Assembly (NCBI GenBank): GCA_963741205.1
Contig: CAVUHW010000013.1
Span: 111,104 to 175,103, forward strand
Length of the DNA: 64,000 nt
Source of the DNA: Nitrospirota bacterium
Lineage (GTDB): Bacteria; Nitrospirota; UBA9217
Reading direction: 5' to 3'
Shown here: positions 1-10,460 of the stretch, in pieces
How the letters are laid out: the number at the start of each line of letters is the position of its first letter
Position numbering within the stretch: the stretch's first letter is position 1
Position numbers and translations under genes: made by a program
The notes under the pieces: model-generated
The model's database searches: none
What the model saw: only the letters and a program-made list of their open reading frames with translations
Told to the model about the DNA's origin: nothing

Positions 1-1131
1 GCGGCCGTATCCATCGTGGACCGCGAGGATCGCACGCTCAAATACGTCGGTGTGTACGGCACAAGAGCGGAATGGATCACCGGGATGGAACTGCCGTTTG
101 AAGCGGGCGGCATCTACAACTGGCTTGCGAGCTATGGAACGCCGCTCCTTATTGCCGACGCTCAAGAGGATTTCAGGCTCGACGGCGCCCTGATGAAGTC
201 CCTGGGTATCAGGAGCGTTTTGACGGTTCCCCTGTGGTCAACGAACACGATGATCGGCCTGCTGACCGCGATTAATAAGAAGGGAGGCGCCAGTTTCGAC
301 AAACACGACCTCCGGCTGTTTACGGTTTTCGCCAACATGGCATCGGTGGCGCTGCAGAATGCCTCCCTGTACGGAGACTTGGCGGCGAACATGAATGAAT
401 TGAAAACCGCCCAGGAGCAGCTCATCCATTCAACAAAGATGGCGGCGATTGGCGAGTTATCAGCCAACATCGCGCACGAAATCAACAACCCCTTGACGAG
501 CGTGCTCGGTTATACCACGCACCTCCTGAAGACGCTCGATCTCCCCGAAGCGCCGCGGAAGATGCTGGGGGTGATGGAGCAGGAGACCCTGAGGGTGCGA
601 AAGATCATCCGCAATCTCCTCGATTTTACAAGGCAGCGGCCTACGTGGCTGCAGCCGGAAGATATCCTGCTGCCGATGCGCGAAACGGTGGCGCTCATTC
701 AAGGACTTGCCGAAGCATCCTCCGTGCGAATCAACGAAGTGTACCCTTCTGAGTCGTTTCTCGTGAATATGGACCATGACGAGATCAAGCAGGTTTTTGT
801 CAATATTGTGAATAATGCACTCCAGGCCATGCCGCGGGGCGGGGAGATCCGGATACGGGTGGAAGCGGCGGGCGAGAACGAAATCCTCATAGAGCTGTCC
901 GATACCGGCATCGGTATCGCGCCCGAGCACACGAACCGGATCTTTGAACCTTTTTTCTCCACGAAGGGCAACGGCCACGGAACAGGTCTTGGGCTGTCGA
1001 TCAGTTACCGGATCATACAGAACCATGGCGGCAGGATCGAGATGGAGAGCATTGTCGGAAGTGGAACGACCTTCCGGATATTCTTGCCACGGTACCGACA
1101 AGCCCAGCTCGTGCATAATGCCGGGCGATAA
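1..1131 (+). CDS. GAF-domain sensor histidine kinase (HisKA + HATPase), 5' end outside window
   Basis: GAF segment (SVLTVPL...IGLLTAINK), H-box ANIAHEINNPL, N-box NIVNNA, G1 DTGIGI, F FEPFF, G2 GTGLGL. Confidence 0.93.
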   Translation, partial: AAVSIVDREDRTLKYVGVYGTRAEWITGMELPFEAGGIYNWLASYGTPLLIADAQEDFRLDGALMKSLGIRSVLTVPLWSTNTMIGLLTAINKKGGASFDKHDLRLFTVFANMASVALQNASLYGDLAANMNELKTAQEQLIHSTKMAAIGELSANIAHEINNPLTSVLGYTTHLLKTLDLPEAPRKMLGVMEQETLRVRKIIRNLLDFTRQRPTWLQPEDILLPMRETVALIQGLAEASSVRINEVYPSESFLVNMDHDEIKQVFVNIVNNALQAMPRGGEIRIRVEAAGENEILIELSDTGIGIAPEHTNRIFEPFFSTKGNGHGTGLGLSISYRIIQNHGGRIEMESIVGSGTTFRIFLPRYRQAQLVHNAGR

Positions 1132-1260
1132 GGTGAGGGCGATACGGCGCACTAGGGAGACGCCCCGAACGGTGAATTCGAACAGGTCGTCATGCTGTCG
1201 ACCGAGGTCGGATTCAATCTGAAAACGTATCGGTTCGCCGATAATCAAGCGAAATCTTTC

Positions 1261-2699
1261 ATGAAAAAGAGAATACTCACGGGCTTCGGCCTGCTGCTCG
1301 CAATTTTTCTCAGCGGATGCATCATTGCCGCCCTGTACATTACCAGGACGGCGCAGCGCATGGACAAATTGATCATGCTCCATCAGGTTGAAATTCTGCG
1401 TGAAGATCTGATCATTCACATACATCAGCTCCAGTCGCATATTTCTCGAAGCAAGATCCGGAGCAAGGGAGATGTGGATGTGCTCATCGCGCAGGAGCAG
1501 GATATGGACCGCTTAATGAACTCCTGCATGGGCTGTCACCATTCACCCGAATTGACGCAAGGACTTACGGGCATGCGTGACCTGGCCGATGATTACAAAA
1601 ACGCGATCACACGCCTCGTCACCGCCCCGGCGAACGCGCAGCAAATCGCGGCGCTCGAGCGCCGGGCACAGGACCTCGGGCAGGAACTCATCACCATGAC
1701 GCAGGGCATGGCCTTCACAGCCAACGTGCGGCTGCAGCAGAAGACCCAGGAAACGATGACAACAATCCGAGAAATCAGAAGCGTGCTGTACGGCACGCTG
1801 CTGATCGGCTTCATCCTCGCGGTCGTTACAGCCTATCTCCTGACCACGAGCCTCGATGGGCAGCTGCAAAAATTACTCGAGGCGACACGGCGCATCGCCC
1901 GGGGAGAGCTCCAGCATCGAGTTGACATCAACGATGCCAAAGGAAGTGAATTCAAGGAACTGGGAGAGGCCTTTAATACCATGACGCAGAACCTGCATCA
2001 GTCACAGCGTCAACTGGTCCAGAGCGCGAAGCTGGCCGCCATCGGAGAACTGGCAACCAATATTGCCTATGAGGTCAACAATCCTTTGACCGGTGTCCTG
2101 GGTTATACAGGCCTGCTGTTGAAGGCCGATGATATTCCCGCCGACAAAAAGGAGCAGTTGAGAACCATTGAGCGGGAAACGATCCGCGCCAGGGAAGTGT
2201 TGAAGAACCTGCTGGACTTCTCGAGGCGGAAGCCCCCGCAGCTCGTCAAGACGGACATCGCGGACCTCATCGAGGACACGATACTCTTGGTGAAAGGGCA
2301 GGCGAAATTGGGAAACGTGGAGATAGTCCGGGACTGCACCCCCGGTCTTCCGCCGATTTCACTGGACGCCGATGAAATGAAGCAGGTCTTCGTGAACCTG
2401 ATCAATAACGCATTTGTTGCCATGTCCAAGGGAGGGACCCTGACGATCCGATGCAGACAGGCCAGGGATCGATCGGGAAACGAGGTTGTCATGGTGGAAC
2501 TCGCCGATACGGGACAGGGTATTCCCGAGGAGCACGTGGACAAGATCTTCGATCCTTTTTTTACTACAGACCTGACGGCGAGGGAACGGGACTGGGGCTC
2601 TCCATCAGCTACTTGATCGTCCAGAACCATGGGGGACGAATCGAGGTGGAAAGTAAAGCCGGGGAAGGCTCAACCTTCCGGGTCAGTCTGCCGGTGTAG
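1261..2699 (+). CDS. Membrane sensor kinase with periplasmic CxxCH, HAMP and HisKA-like/HATPase domains; H-box His replaced by Tyr; frameshift near 2570
   Basis: Two TM helices, CMGCH at 1525-1539, [30 protein letters not shown]; G2 GEGTGLGL continues in ORF 2451..2699. Confidence 0.88.
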
Positions 2700-2803
2700 A
2701 CATTGAGGCTTGCGGATCTCTTTGACGGCATTCCGGCATGCTTGAAGCCCGGGTGAATCACAAAAAAGCGGCACTGCAGTGATTGGGAAAGAGGAGCATA
2801 CAT

Positions 2804-4338
2804 ATGGCTGGAGAGAAAATTCTCGTTGTCGACGACGAGGACATGATCAGAGACCTTTGTTATCATATTCTGTCCGCCGAGGGGTATCAGGTGTCCATGG
2901 TTTCGAACGGCACAGCTGCGCTGGAAGAGCTGGGACGGACGCCGGTTGACCTGTTGATCACGGACATCAAGATGCCCGGCATCGACGGGCTGGAGCTTTT
3001 CGAGCGGGTCAAGGGCCGGAATCTCGACCTCGTGACGATCTTCATTACGGGTCACGGCACGCTTGATACGGCCATCGAGTCCCTCATGCGCGGCGTTGAC
3101 GGTTTCGTCCTCAAGCCCTTCACCCAGGAGGAACTGCTCGGCGCGGTCGCGCGCGCCATCAACAGCAGCCGGCTGAAAAAGGAGAACATCAGGCTCAAGG
3201 CGCTGATCCCCCTGTTCGAGATCAGCAAATTGCTCGTGACCGAGATCGACCTCGCCCATCTTTTCAAGATCATCACCGAGGTGCTCGTGCAGGAATTTGC
3301 CGTGGACCGCGTGTCGCTGATGCTGATGGACGATGCCAGCGGGACCCTCCTGATCCGGGCCTCGCACGGGCTGCCGCCGGACATTGCGCTCAAGGCCCGC
3401 CGAGGGCAGGGAGAAGGCGTCGCTGGACTGGTGCTCAAGCACCGGAAACCCTTGATTATCTCGGCGGGAAAGCACCCGGACCAGGAAGTGATGAACGCAA
3501 TCAACCGGGAGGACATGCCCGCATCGTCCATGTCGGTGCCGCTCATCGGAAAGAACAAGATGTTCGGCGTGCTCAATGTGAGCAAGTTTTCCGGGCCGCC
3601 CTTCACGACCAGCGACCTCCAGGTCGTCCTGATCCTGTCGAGCCAGGTGGTGACGGCCATGGAGAACGCGTCGTTGTATGAAAACCTGCGGGAGAATTAT
3701 TTCCGTACGATCCAGGCCCTCGTGGCCGCCGTAGAGGCAAAGGATCCTTACACCCGCTGGCACTCCACCAATGTCGCGAAATACGCCGTGGCTATCGCGC
3801 GCGACTTGGGGATGAGTCCGTCGCACCTTGAGGAGATGCACATCGCCGCCATTCTCCATGATGTCGGCAAGATCGGCATCAGCGAACTCATTATCAGTAA
3901 GCCCGACCGTCTGAGCCGCGAGGAGTTCGACTATCATGAAAGACCATCCAGCGCACGGGCTCAGGATTCTCGATCCGATCGGCTTCTCGTCGTCCATCAC
4001 AACCGCGATCTATCAGCACCATGAACGGTACGACGGCAAGGGCTATCCCCAGGGGCTGGCCGGAGAACAGATCGCGTTCTCAGCGCGGATACTGAATGTC
4101 GCGGACACGATCGATGCCATGGTGTCCGAACGTCCTTACCGGGGCACGATTTCCAGCCAGGACGTTCTTCTTGAGCTGGAGCGGGAGGCCGGGGCGGCAA
4201 TTCGACCCCGGGGTTTCCTCATCCGCCAGGCGGCTCATCGAAAAGGGCCTGCTGAAGCTCGGCATACATTCGTATTTCCAGCATTCGGGCGGTCCTGACC
4301 AGGCAGAGCGGGAAGGCAAAGAAGCGGGCCACGGGTAG
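2804..4338 (+). CDS. REC-GAF-HD-GYP c-di-GMP phosphodiesterase (frameshifts near 3935 and 4200)
   Basis: KILVVDDE...LITDIKMPG, GAF, AKDPYT..HS, LHDVGKI, HHERYDGKGYP. Confidence 0.92.
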
Positions 4339-4433
4339 AACAGGGTGGGATTACAACCCGAGTATGACCTTCCTGATCCAGGGCGTCCAGGAAGAATCTT
4401 AACCCTGCACCTTGTTGGCAAACCAAAAACCTC

Positions 4434-4462
4434 TTGACTTAAATAAGTTACTTTGTTATAGT
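4434..4462 (+). promoter_or_regulatory. Sigma70-type promoter upstream of the porin gene
   Basis: TTGACT-17 bp-TATAGT. Confidence 0.6.
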
Positions 4463-4915
4463 CTGCCTTAAGTTTTGGCTGATTTTAATAAGCAGCAGCC
4501 CTTGCGCCGCATCTCGAAGCACTCGTCACATTGTAGCAGTTTGTAATAGTGGCAGATTCAAACGATTTACACGAGCTATGATTACCACTAGCAGACCTAC
4601 ATATTTCACGCACATCTGCGTCCGTGATGAGAAACCTGTCGGCGGACCATGCAGGGCCTTTTCAGCGCCCCCCGCACCTCGTCAATCTCCAAAGGCAAAA
4701 TCTGAAGTTTACACAATCTCTCGATTTAAACTTGAGGCTTTCAGTTTTAGAACCGAGCAGAGATTCTATTTCATTTTTCATGGAAAGGGGGGGTGGACCG
4801 AAATCATACCATAGATGAACACAGACTCATCGCAGCAACGAAGCATTCATTTCACTCTAAGGTTACCAGGTGTTTGGTTAAGACAAAGGCAAATCTATTT
4901 TAGGGAGGATAAACG

Positions 4916-6195
4916 ATGAAGAAGTTTCTAGCAGTATTTGCAGTGCTGGCAATGGTAGGTTTGAGTTCGATCGCATTTGCCGCAGCGGAAGTGACCGTTG
5001 GCGGCAGCGTGCAGATCCGGAGCAGGGATTTCAAGATCTGAACTTTGACAAGAACGAATGCCCGCAAACACGGTCGACACGCAGGAACGTATCATGATCG
5101 ACGTGAACGCCAAGGCTGGCGACAACGTCAAGGGCAAGATCACGCTCTGGAACGATTTTGAAGACTGGGGCAGACTTGAAAGCAACCAGGGCAACGGCTT
5201 CGGAAGCGCAACCGGCACTGACGTGCTCGCAGGGCACCGACCACCACCGGTGGCAGGGTAATGGACATTTCGGTTTCCGTGAGGCATGGCTCAGTTTCAA
5301 TCTTCCCGGCATTCCGGTGAACGTGACGGCGGGCCACCAGCTCCTGGCTCTGGGCAATGAGTGGTTCCTCCGAAACAAGCATTTCGGTTCCGATGCGTGG
5401 GTAATCGCAAATGTGACCGGCGCTAACACGGCCGCCTTTGTCGATATCAAGGTTGCCGAGGGTCTGGTAGGGAGAAGCGATGATGTTGACGCCTATGCCT
5501 TGCTCGACGTATTCAAGCTCAACGATGACAACATGATCGGCATCAACCTGACCAACGTGCGCCTTGGGACGAGCGACAATGCGCTCCAGAACATCGAGCT
5601 CCATTATGCCGGAAAGCTCGCCATGATCAATTTGAAGGCGCAGGGGGACATGCAAATGGGCACGGCCAAGGCCTCGGCAACGGGTGCTGCAGCCGATCAG
5701 AAATACAAGGGCGCGCAGGCCATTATCCAGGGCAACGTGGCGCTTGATCCTGTTACGATCAACTTCTTGCTTGGCTGGGGTACGGGTCCCAAGCCTAATC
5801 AGACCGATATAAATCAGTATATCAACTTCCTGGACATCGACCCCCACTATACCTTCCTGTATGAGTATAAGATTGCCGGCGCATGCGGCGCGAGAAACCA
5901 GGGCTTCTGTAACACGACGGCCGCCAGCGTGGGCGCCGCGTTTGCTGCTACCAAGAGCCTGACGATAGGCGCTGATTACTATTTCCTGCAGGCGACTGAG
6001 AAGGTGTCAAACAAGAAATCCGGCATTGCCGGTGAGACGACCAACGACCTCGGACAAGAAGTCGATGTGATCGTGAACTGGAAGCTCTATGACAACCTGA
6101 CCTGGAACTGGACCTTAGGCTACCTTACGCCCGGCGATGGATTGGGCAAAGATGCCGCGATGGGCGTCCAGGGTATCCTGGCCTTCAAGTTCTAA
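4916..6195 (+). CDS. Outer-membrane beta-barrel porin (alginate-export-like), frameshifted in the 5' part
   Basis: RBS GGAGG, signal peptide MKKFLAVFAVLAMVGLSSIAFA, amphipathic strands, DLGQEVD motif, C-terminal Phe (LAFKF). Confidence 0.82.
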
Positions 6196-6236
6196 CATAC
6201 TCGCACCACACGTTTACTCAACAGGTAACGGAAACG

Positions 6237-6272
6237 AAAACCCCGGGGGATCAATCCTCCGGGGTTTTTTTT
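6237..6272 (+). terminator. Rho-independent terminator
   Basis: AAAACCCCGGGGGA-tcaa-TCCTCCGGGG followed by a T run. Confidence 0.85.
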
Positions 6273-6288
6273 GCCCATACCACAGACC

Positions 6289-6371
6289 GTCATCCCCGAA
6301 GGTTCTATCAGGGATCCGATTTCTTTAAAGACGAAGAGTGGATTCCCGCTCAGAACCACTGCGGGAATGAC
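6289..6371. repeat. GTCATTCC-type composite palindromic repeat
   Basis: GTCATCCCCGAA..GGGATCC...TGGATTCCCGC..GCGGGAATGAC; related copies at 8129, 11274, 19784, 22922, 32935, 43622. Confidence 0.85.
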
Positions 6372-6591
6372 AATTATGTTGTTTTTTGTCAATGTCGATT
6401 CCCTCGAAAGATGGTGTATCTGTATATTATGTTTCTTAGATTAATAGCCTTGAGAAGCAAAATATAATGTGCTAAAATGTGTTGCCTTGCGATTTAATAA
6501 GCACAACGGTTTTATCCAGGCAAGATGCGGGCTCTCCAAGCAGAGTTGTACCAGTTGAGCTAGACTGTGCAGGAATGGAGACGCGGGGAGC

Positions 6592-6981
6592 ATGAAGACT
6601 CAAGTTGGTTCCGGAACAATCCTGATCGTGGAGGATGAACAGCTTGTGGCGAATCTCGCCCGAGACGTCCTTCTGCGTTTCGGCTATAGGGTGCTGGTCG
6701 TAAATTGCGGCGCGCACGCGATTGACCTGTATCAGCAGCAGTCCCGAGACATCGTGGCAGTCGTCCTGGACATGGTTATGCCGGAGATGGACGGCAGCGA
6801 GGTCTTTCGGAGGCTGCGCGCCATTAACCCCCAAGTGAAAGTGATCGTAACAACCGGTTACGACCGCGCTTCGGACATCGACGAGATGCTTAAGCAAGGT
6901 GCGGCGGGATTCATTCAGAAGCCTTACCGGATTGCAGAACTCGTCAAAGCGGTGGGCGAGGCGGTGGAGGGGGGAACCTAA
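6592..6981 (+). CDS. Stand-alone response regulator receiver protein
   Basis: TILIVEDE, VVLDMVMPEMDG, TTGY, FIQKPY. Confidence 0.9.
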   Translation: MKTQVGSGTILIVEDEQLVANLARDVLLRFGYRVLVVNCGAHAIDLYQQQSRDIVAVVLDMVMPEMDGSEVFRRLRAINPQVKVIVTTGYDRASDIDEMLKQGAAGFIQKPYRIAELVKAVGEAVEGGT

Positions 6982-7127
6982 ATTGCGGATTACCCTGCAC
7001 TCGCGCGACGCGCTTGAAGGCGGGCATAAACGGAATTAAAACGAAAACGCTCCTAAAATATCAGGAGCGTTTTCCTATCTGAGACAGGCGGTTTTACGCA
7101 AGAGGATTGAGAAATCCGGAACCCGCA

Positions 7128-7215
7128 CACCCCTGAACTCACGCGTGCGCACACCCTGCATTCGCGCTACGCACTCATAAACGCTGGCCGCAGGCTCATA
7201 ACCGCTGGGTGCAGG
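7128..7215. mobile_element. ~43-bp mini-element nested inside a copy of itself
   Basis: Inner copy 7152-7194 interrupts an outer copy; a third copy lies at 19844-19887; ends CACCCTGCAC...GTGCAGG. Confidence 0.65.
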
Positions 7216-7236
7216 CTCCGGATTCCGAAATTGCTC

Positions 7237-8092
7237 TTACGGATTTTGCAGTTTCGCCGCCTTGACCACATGCTTCAGCAGCACGCGTGTCGTCACGGTG
7301 CCGACGCCGCCCGGCACCGGCGTGATCGCTCCGGCCACATCCTTCGCGGGCTCGGTGTCCACATCTCCGAAGAGCTTATCTCCCTCCACATTGATGCCGA
7401 CATCCATGACCGTCGCGCCGTTCTTGATGTAGTCCTTCGTGATCATCTCTCGCCTTGCCGATGGCCGCAACCAGGATATCGGCCCGCCTGCATACACCCG
7501 GGGAGGTCCTGCGTCTTTGAATGACAGACCGTTACGGTGGCGTTCTCGCCCAGGAGCAGCATGGACATGGGTTTGCCGACCACCATGGAGCGGCCGACGA
7601 CCACCGCCTCCTTGCCGCTCATCGGGATCTGATAGAAGCGGAGGATCTCCATGACCGCCTGAGGCGTTGCCGGCGGGAAGCCGGTCATGTCTCCGGCCAT
7701 GATCTTTCCCGCGTTCACCGGGTTAAAGCAGTCCACGTCCTTTTCCGGCGAAAGGATGTATTTCACCACGTCTTCCCTGATCTGCTTCGGGAACGGACGC
7801 ATCACGATGATCCCGTGGATGCTTCTTGTCCGCGTTCCGCTCTTTCAGGATATTCACGAACTCGTCCTGGCTCGTTGAGCCGGGCAGCTGTTCGATGCTC
7901 GCAGGCAATGCCGTTCTTTTCCGCCATCTTTTTTGCGCTGTTCGCGTAGGAGACGGAGTCCGCCGCGTCTCCTACGATCATGATCCTGAGCGCGGGATTG
8001 ACGCCCTTGGCCTTGAGCTCCTGCACGTCCTTCTGGATGTCCAGGTCCATCTTCTGAGCCACTTCTTTTCCTGTTAATAGTTTTGCCGGCAT
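7237..8092 (-). CDS. folD: Methylenetetrahydrofolate dehydrogenase/cyclohydrolase (frameshifted)
   Basis: [45 protein letters not shown] across three ORFs. Confidence 0.93.
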
Positions 8093-8128
8093 GATTGCTC
8101 CTTGAAAAAAGTTAGTTGTGAGACACAC

Positions 8129-8154
8129 TGGATTCCTGCTTTCGCAGGAATGAC
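8129..8154. repeat. GTCATTCC-type repeat, single arm
   Basis: TGGATTCCTGCTTTCGCAGGAATGAC. Confidence 0.8.
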
Positions 8155-8205
8155 AAGATTTTATTCTGTTCCGCATTCCGCACTATCCGCAATCCGCATT
8201 CGAAT

Positions 8206-8833
8206 CTATCCCATCTTCTTATACGTCGTTGCCATCACGGATTTTTCAAGGGCCGCGACCTTTGTCAGAACGTCCTGCATGCGCGTCCAGGTCTCCTTGT
8301 TGTACGCCTCGTCCTTGATGCTGTTCACGTTGATCTTGACGTTCAGCGCCGCGCTCTGGGCGCAGGCCTGGGCGAGGAGCACGGCAACCCCGGCATCGCT
8401 CACGGCGCGACATTGCCGATATCGGCGGCGCGTTCCGCGAGCTTTGGCGACTTCAAGCGACTTGAGCCCGATTTCGAACGGGACCTGGCAGGCCTTTTTG
8501 AGCGCTTCCTGCATCTTTGCGGTACGGGCCGCCTTTTCCGCATCGGTGTTCTTCGGCATCTTGTAGACCTGGGACAGCGCCCCATAGGCCTCGGTATCTT
8601 TCTGGATGAGGTCCTGCATGTCCGACCGGAGTTTCTCCGATTCTTTGAGCAGCGCTTCGACCTGCGGCTGAACGTCCTTGTATTTTTCCTTGCCCAGCGT
8701 GAGATTGGCCACCATGCTCACGAGCGCCGCGCCGAGCGCACCCGGTAAGGGCAGCCACGCTGCCGCCTCCCGGCTCGGGGGATTTGCTTGCCAGTTTGTC
8801 CATAAAGTGCCGCAACGGCTGATCGATATACAT
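8206..8833 (-). CDS. Formiminotetrahydrofolate cyclodeaminase family protein (frameshifted)
   Basis: LASKSPEPGGGSVAAL, ALVSMVANLT, VSDAGVA, LNVKIN; adjacent to folD. Confidence 0.9.
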
Positions 8834-9179
8834 GGTTTCCTCCTGTATCCGTGATTAAGAGTCTGGGATACAAAGAATAATGAAAGCGACATTTTTTGTC
8901 AATAAAAAAATCTATCCATGCCAGGTTGTCAGGTTCACGGTTCCTGATTGGCAGCCGCACCTTTCAGGGTGCGTTACTTGCCTCCAGGCGAGTCGAAGCA
9001 TCGGTCTTTATGATCTTTCCAACCTTAACCCCGAACCGTGAACTTCGAATCTGCGCATCGATCATATAAACCCGTAATTTTAGAACACATCAAGCGGAAA
9101 ATAGCAAAAGTTTTACTTGACTCTTTTTCATGAGCTTTGGTATTATGTAGAATTCTGATCTCGGGAGGATGCGCCGCTC

Positions 9180-9900
9180 ATGGATGTTTCACACGGATTA
9201 ACCCTGTCTGTTCTTTTCTTTTCGCTCCTCATGGGACTCGTCTCCTTTGCGTCTCCCATGCATTCTTCCCGCTCATTCCCTCGTATGTCTCCTATATCAC
9301 CGGGATAAGCTATGATGAACTCGTAAGCCCCGAGTCGCGCAGGAAGTAACATGAACGTTACCGTTCTTCACTCCCTCGCGTTTGTCGCGGGTTTTTCGCT
9401 TATTTTTGTGTTACTGGGGGCTACGGCAAGCTTTGCCGGAAGCGTCCTTTCGCGGCACCTCGATGCCATCCGGATCGCGGGGGGGCATTCTCATCATCAT
9501 CATGGGTGTCTTCGTCATGGACGTGGTGAACATCCCCTTTCTTCAGCGCGAGGCCAAACTGCAGCTCAAGACGCGGCCTGCAGGGTATGTCGGCACCATG
9601 CTCGTCGGCATGATTTTCGGCGCCGGCTGGACCCCCTGCACCGGCCCCTTTCTGGGATCCGTGCTCACCCTGGCCATGGGAACCGAGACCCTTGGCCGGG
9701 GCATGGCGCTCCTTGCATTCTATTCGCTCGGCCTCGGGATCCCGTTTATCCTGTCGGCCATTGCTATCAGCGCATTCCTGTCGTCCTTCAACAGGCTGAA
9801 AAAACATTTCAAGATCATCAAGATAACAAGCGGCGCCATCCTGATCATCATGGGCGTGCTGCTTATCATGGACAAGATGACCATCCTTATAATCCGATAG
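9180..9900 (+). CDS. ccdA: Cytochrome c biogenesis / thiol-disulfide transporter CcdA (frameshifted)
   Basis: SFASPCILPLIPSY and GWTPCTGP redox-Cys motifs, YSLGLGIPF. Confidence 0.9.
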
Positions 9901-9924
9901 ACAATCGGCGGGAGAATAACGCAT

Positions 9925-10344
9925 ATGTCAGTTGACGGTTTGGATATATTGAAAGACAAGGATGCGCCGCTCTATACCATGGGGGTTGCCGCAAAACTGG
10001 TCGGCACCACGGCGCAGACGCTGCGCCTCTACGAGAAGCACGGATTGATCCTGCCGACGCGTGAGCGCAGGAACAGGCTGTATACGGAAAATGACATCAA
10101 GTGGCTGCGCTGCATCCGCGAGCTGATCCACTCCAAAAAGATCAGCATCGAGGGGATCAAGAAACTTCTCGACTATGCGCCGTGCTGGGAGATCAAGGAT
10201 TGTCCCGACGATCGGCGGGCTGTTTGCACGGCTTTCACGGACAAGGGCAAGCCATGCTGGGAGACCACCCGGTGCCGCATGGAAAACGACTGCTCGACCT
10301 GCGTGGTGTTCCTGAGGAACGGGAAAAAAGCGGCGAAGAAATAG
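9925..10344 (+). CDS. MerR/HspR-like transcriptional regulator with a Cys-rich C-terminal domain containing two CW motifs
   Basis: TLRLYEKHGLILP..RLYTENDI HTH; PCWEIKDC..C..PCWETTRC..CSTC. Confidence 0.85.
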   Translation: MSVDGLDILKDKDAPLYTMGVAAKLVGTTAQTLRLYEKHGLILPTRERRNRLYTENDIKWLRCIRELIHSKKISIEGIKKLLDYAPCWEIKDCPDDRRAVCTAFTDKGKPCWETTRCRMENDCSTCVVFLRNGKKAAKK

Positions 10345-10460
10345 CAGATAGAGCGACGAAGTCAGAATAGAAGATCAGACGAATCAGGAAGGTTCAATAT
10401 GTACGCTCACGTGTTCTAGTCTGATCTCCGTCGTATTCTCTGTACATTCTGGCATCTTCC

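Noticed and set aside
4685-4750. c-di-GMP-I riboswitch (AAAGGCAAAATC) upstream of the porin
   Set aside because: It lacks the GNRA-capped P2, the GACGCAAAG junction and the P3 receptor.
8931-9045. ZTP or THF riboswitch, or 6S RNA, upstream of the cyclodeaminase and folD
   Set aside because: Only a CGCCTGG-like fragment matches. The long stem is explained by heptamer inverted repeats plus a REP.
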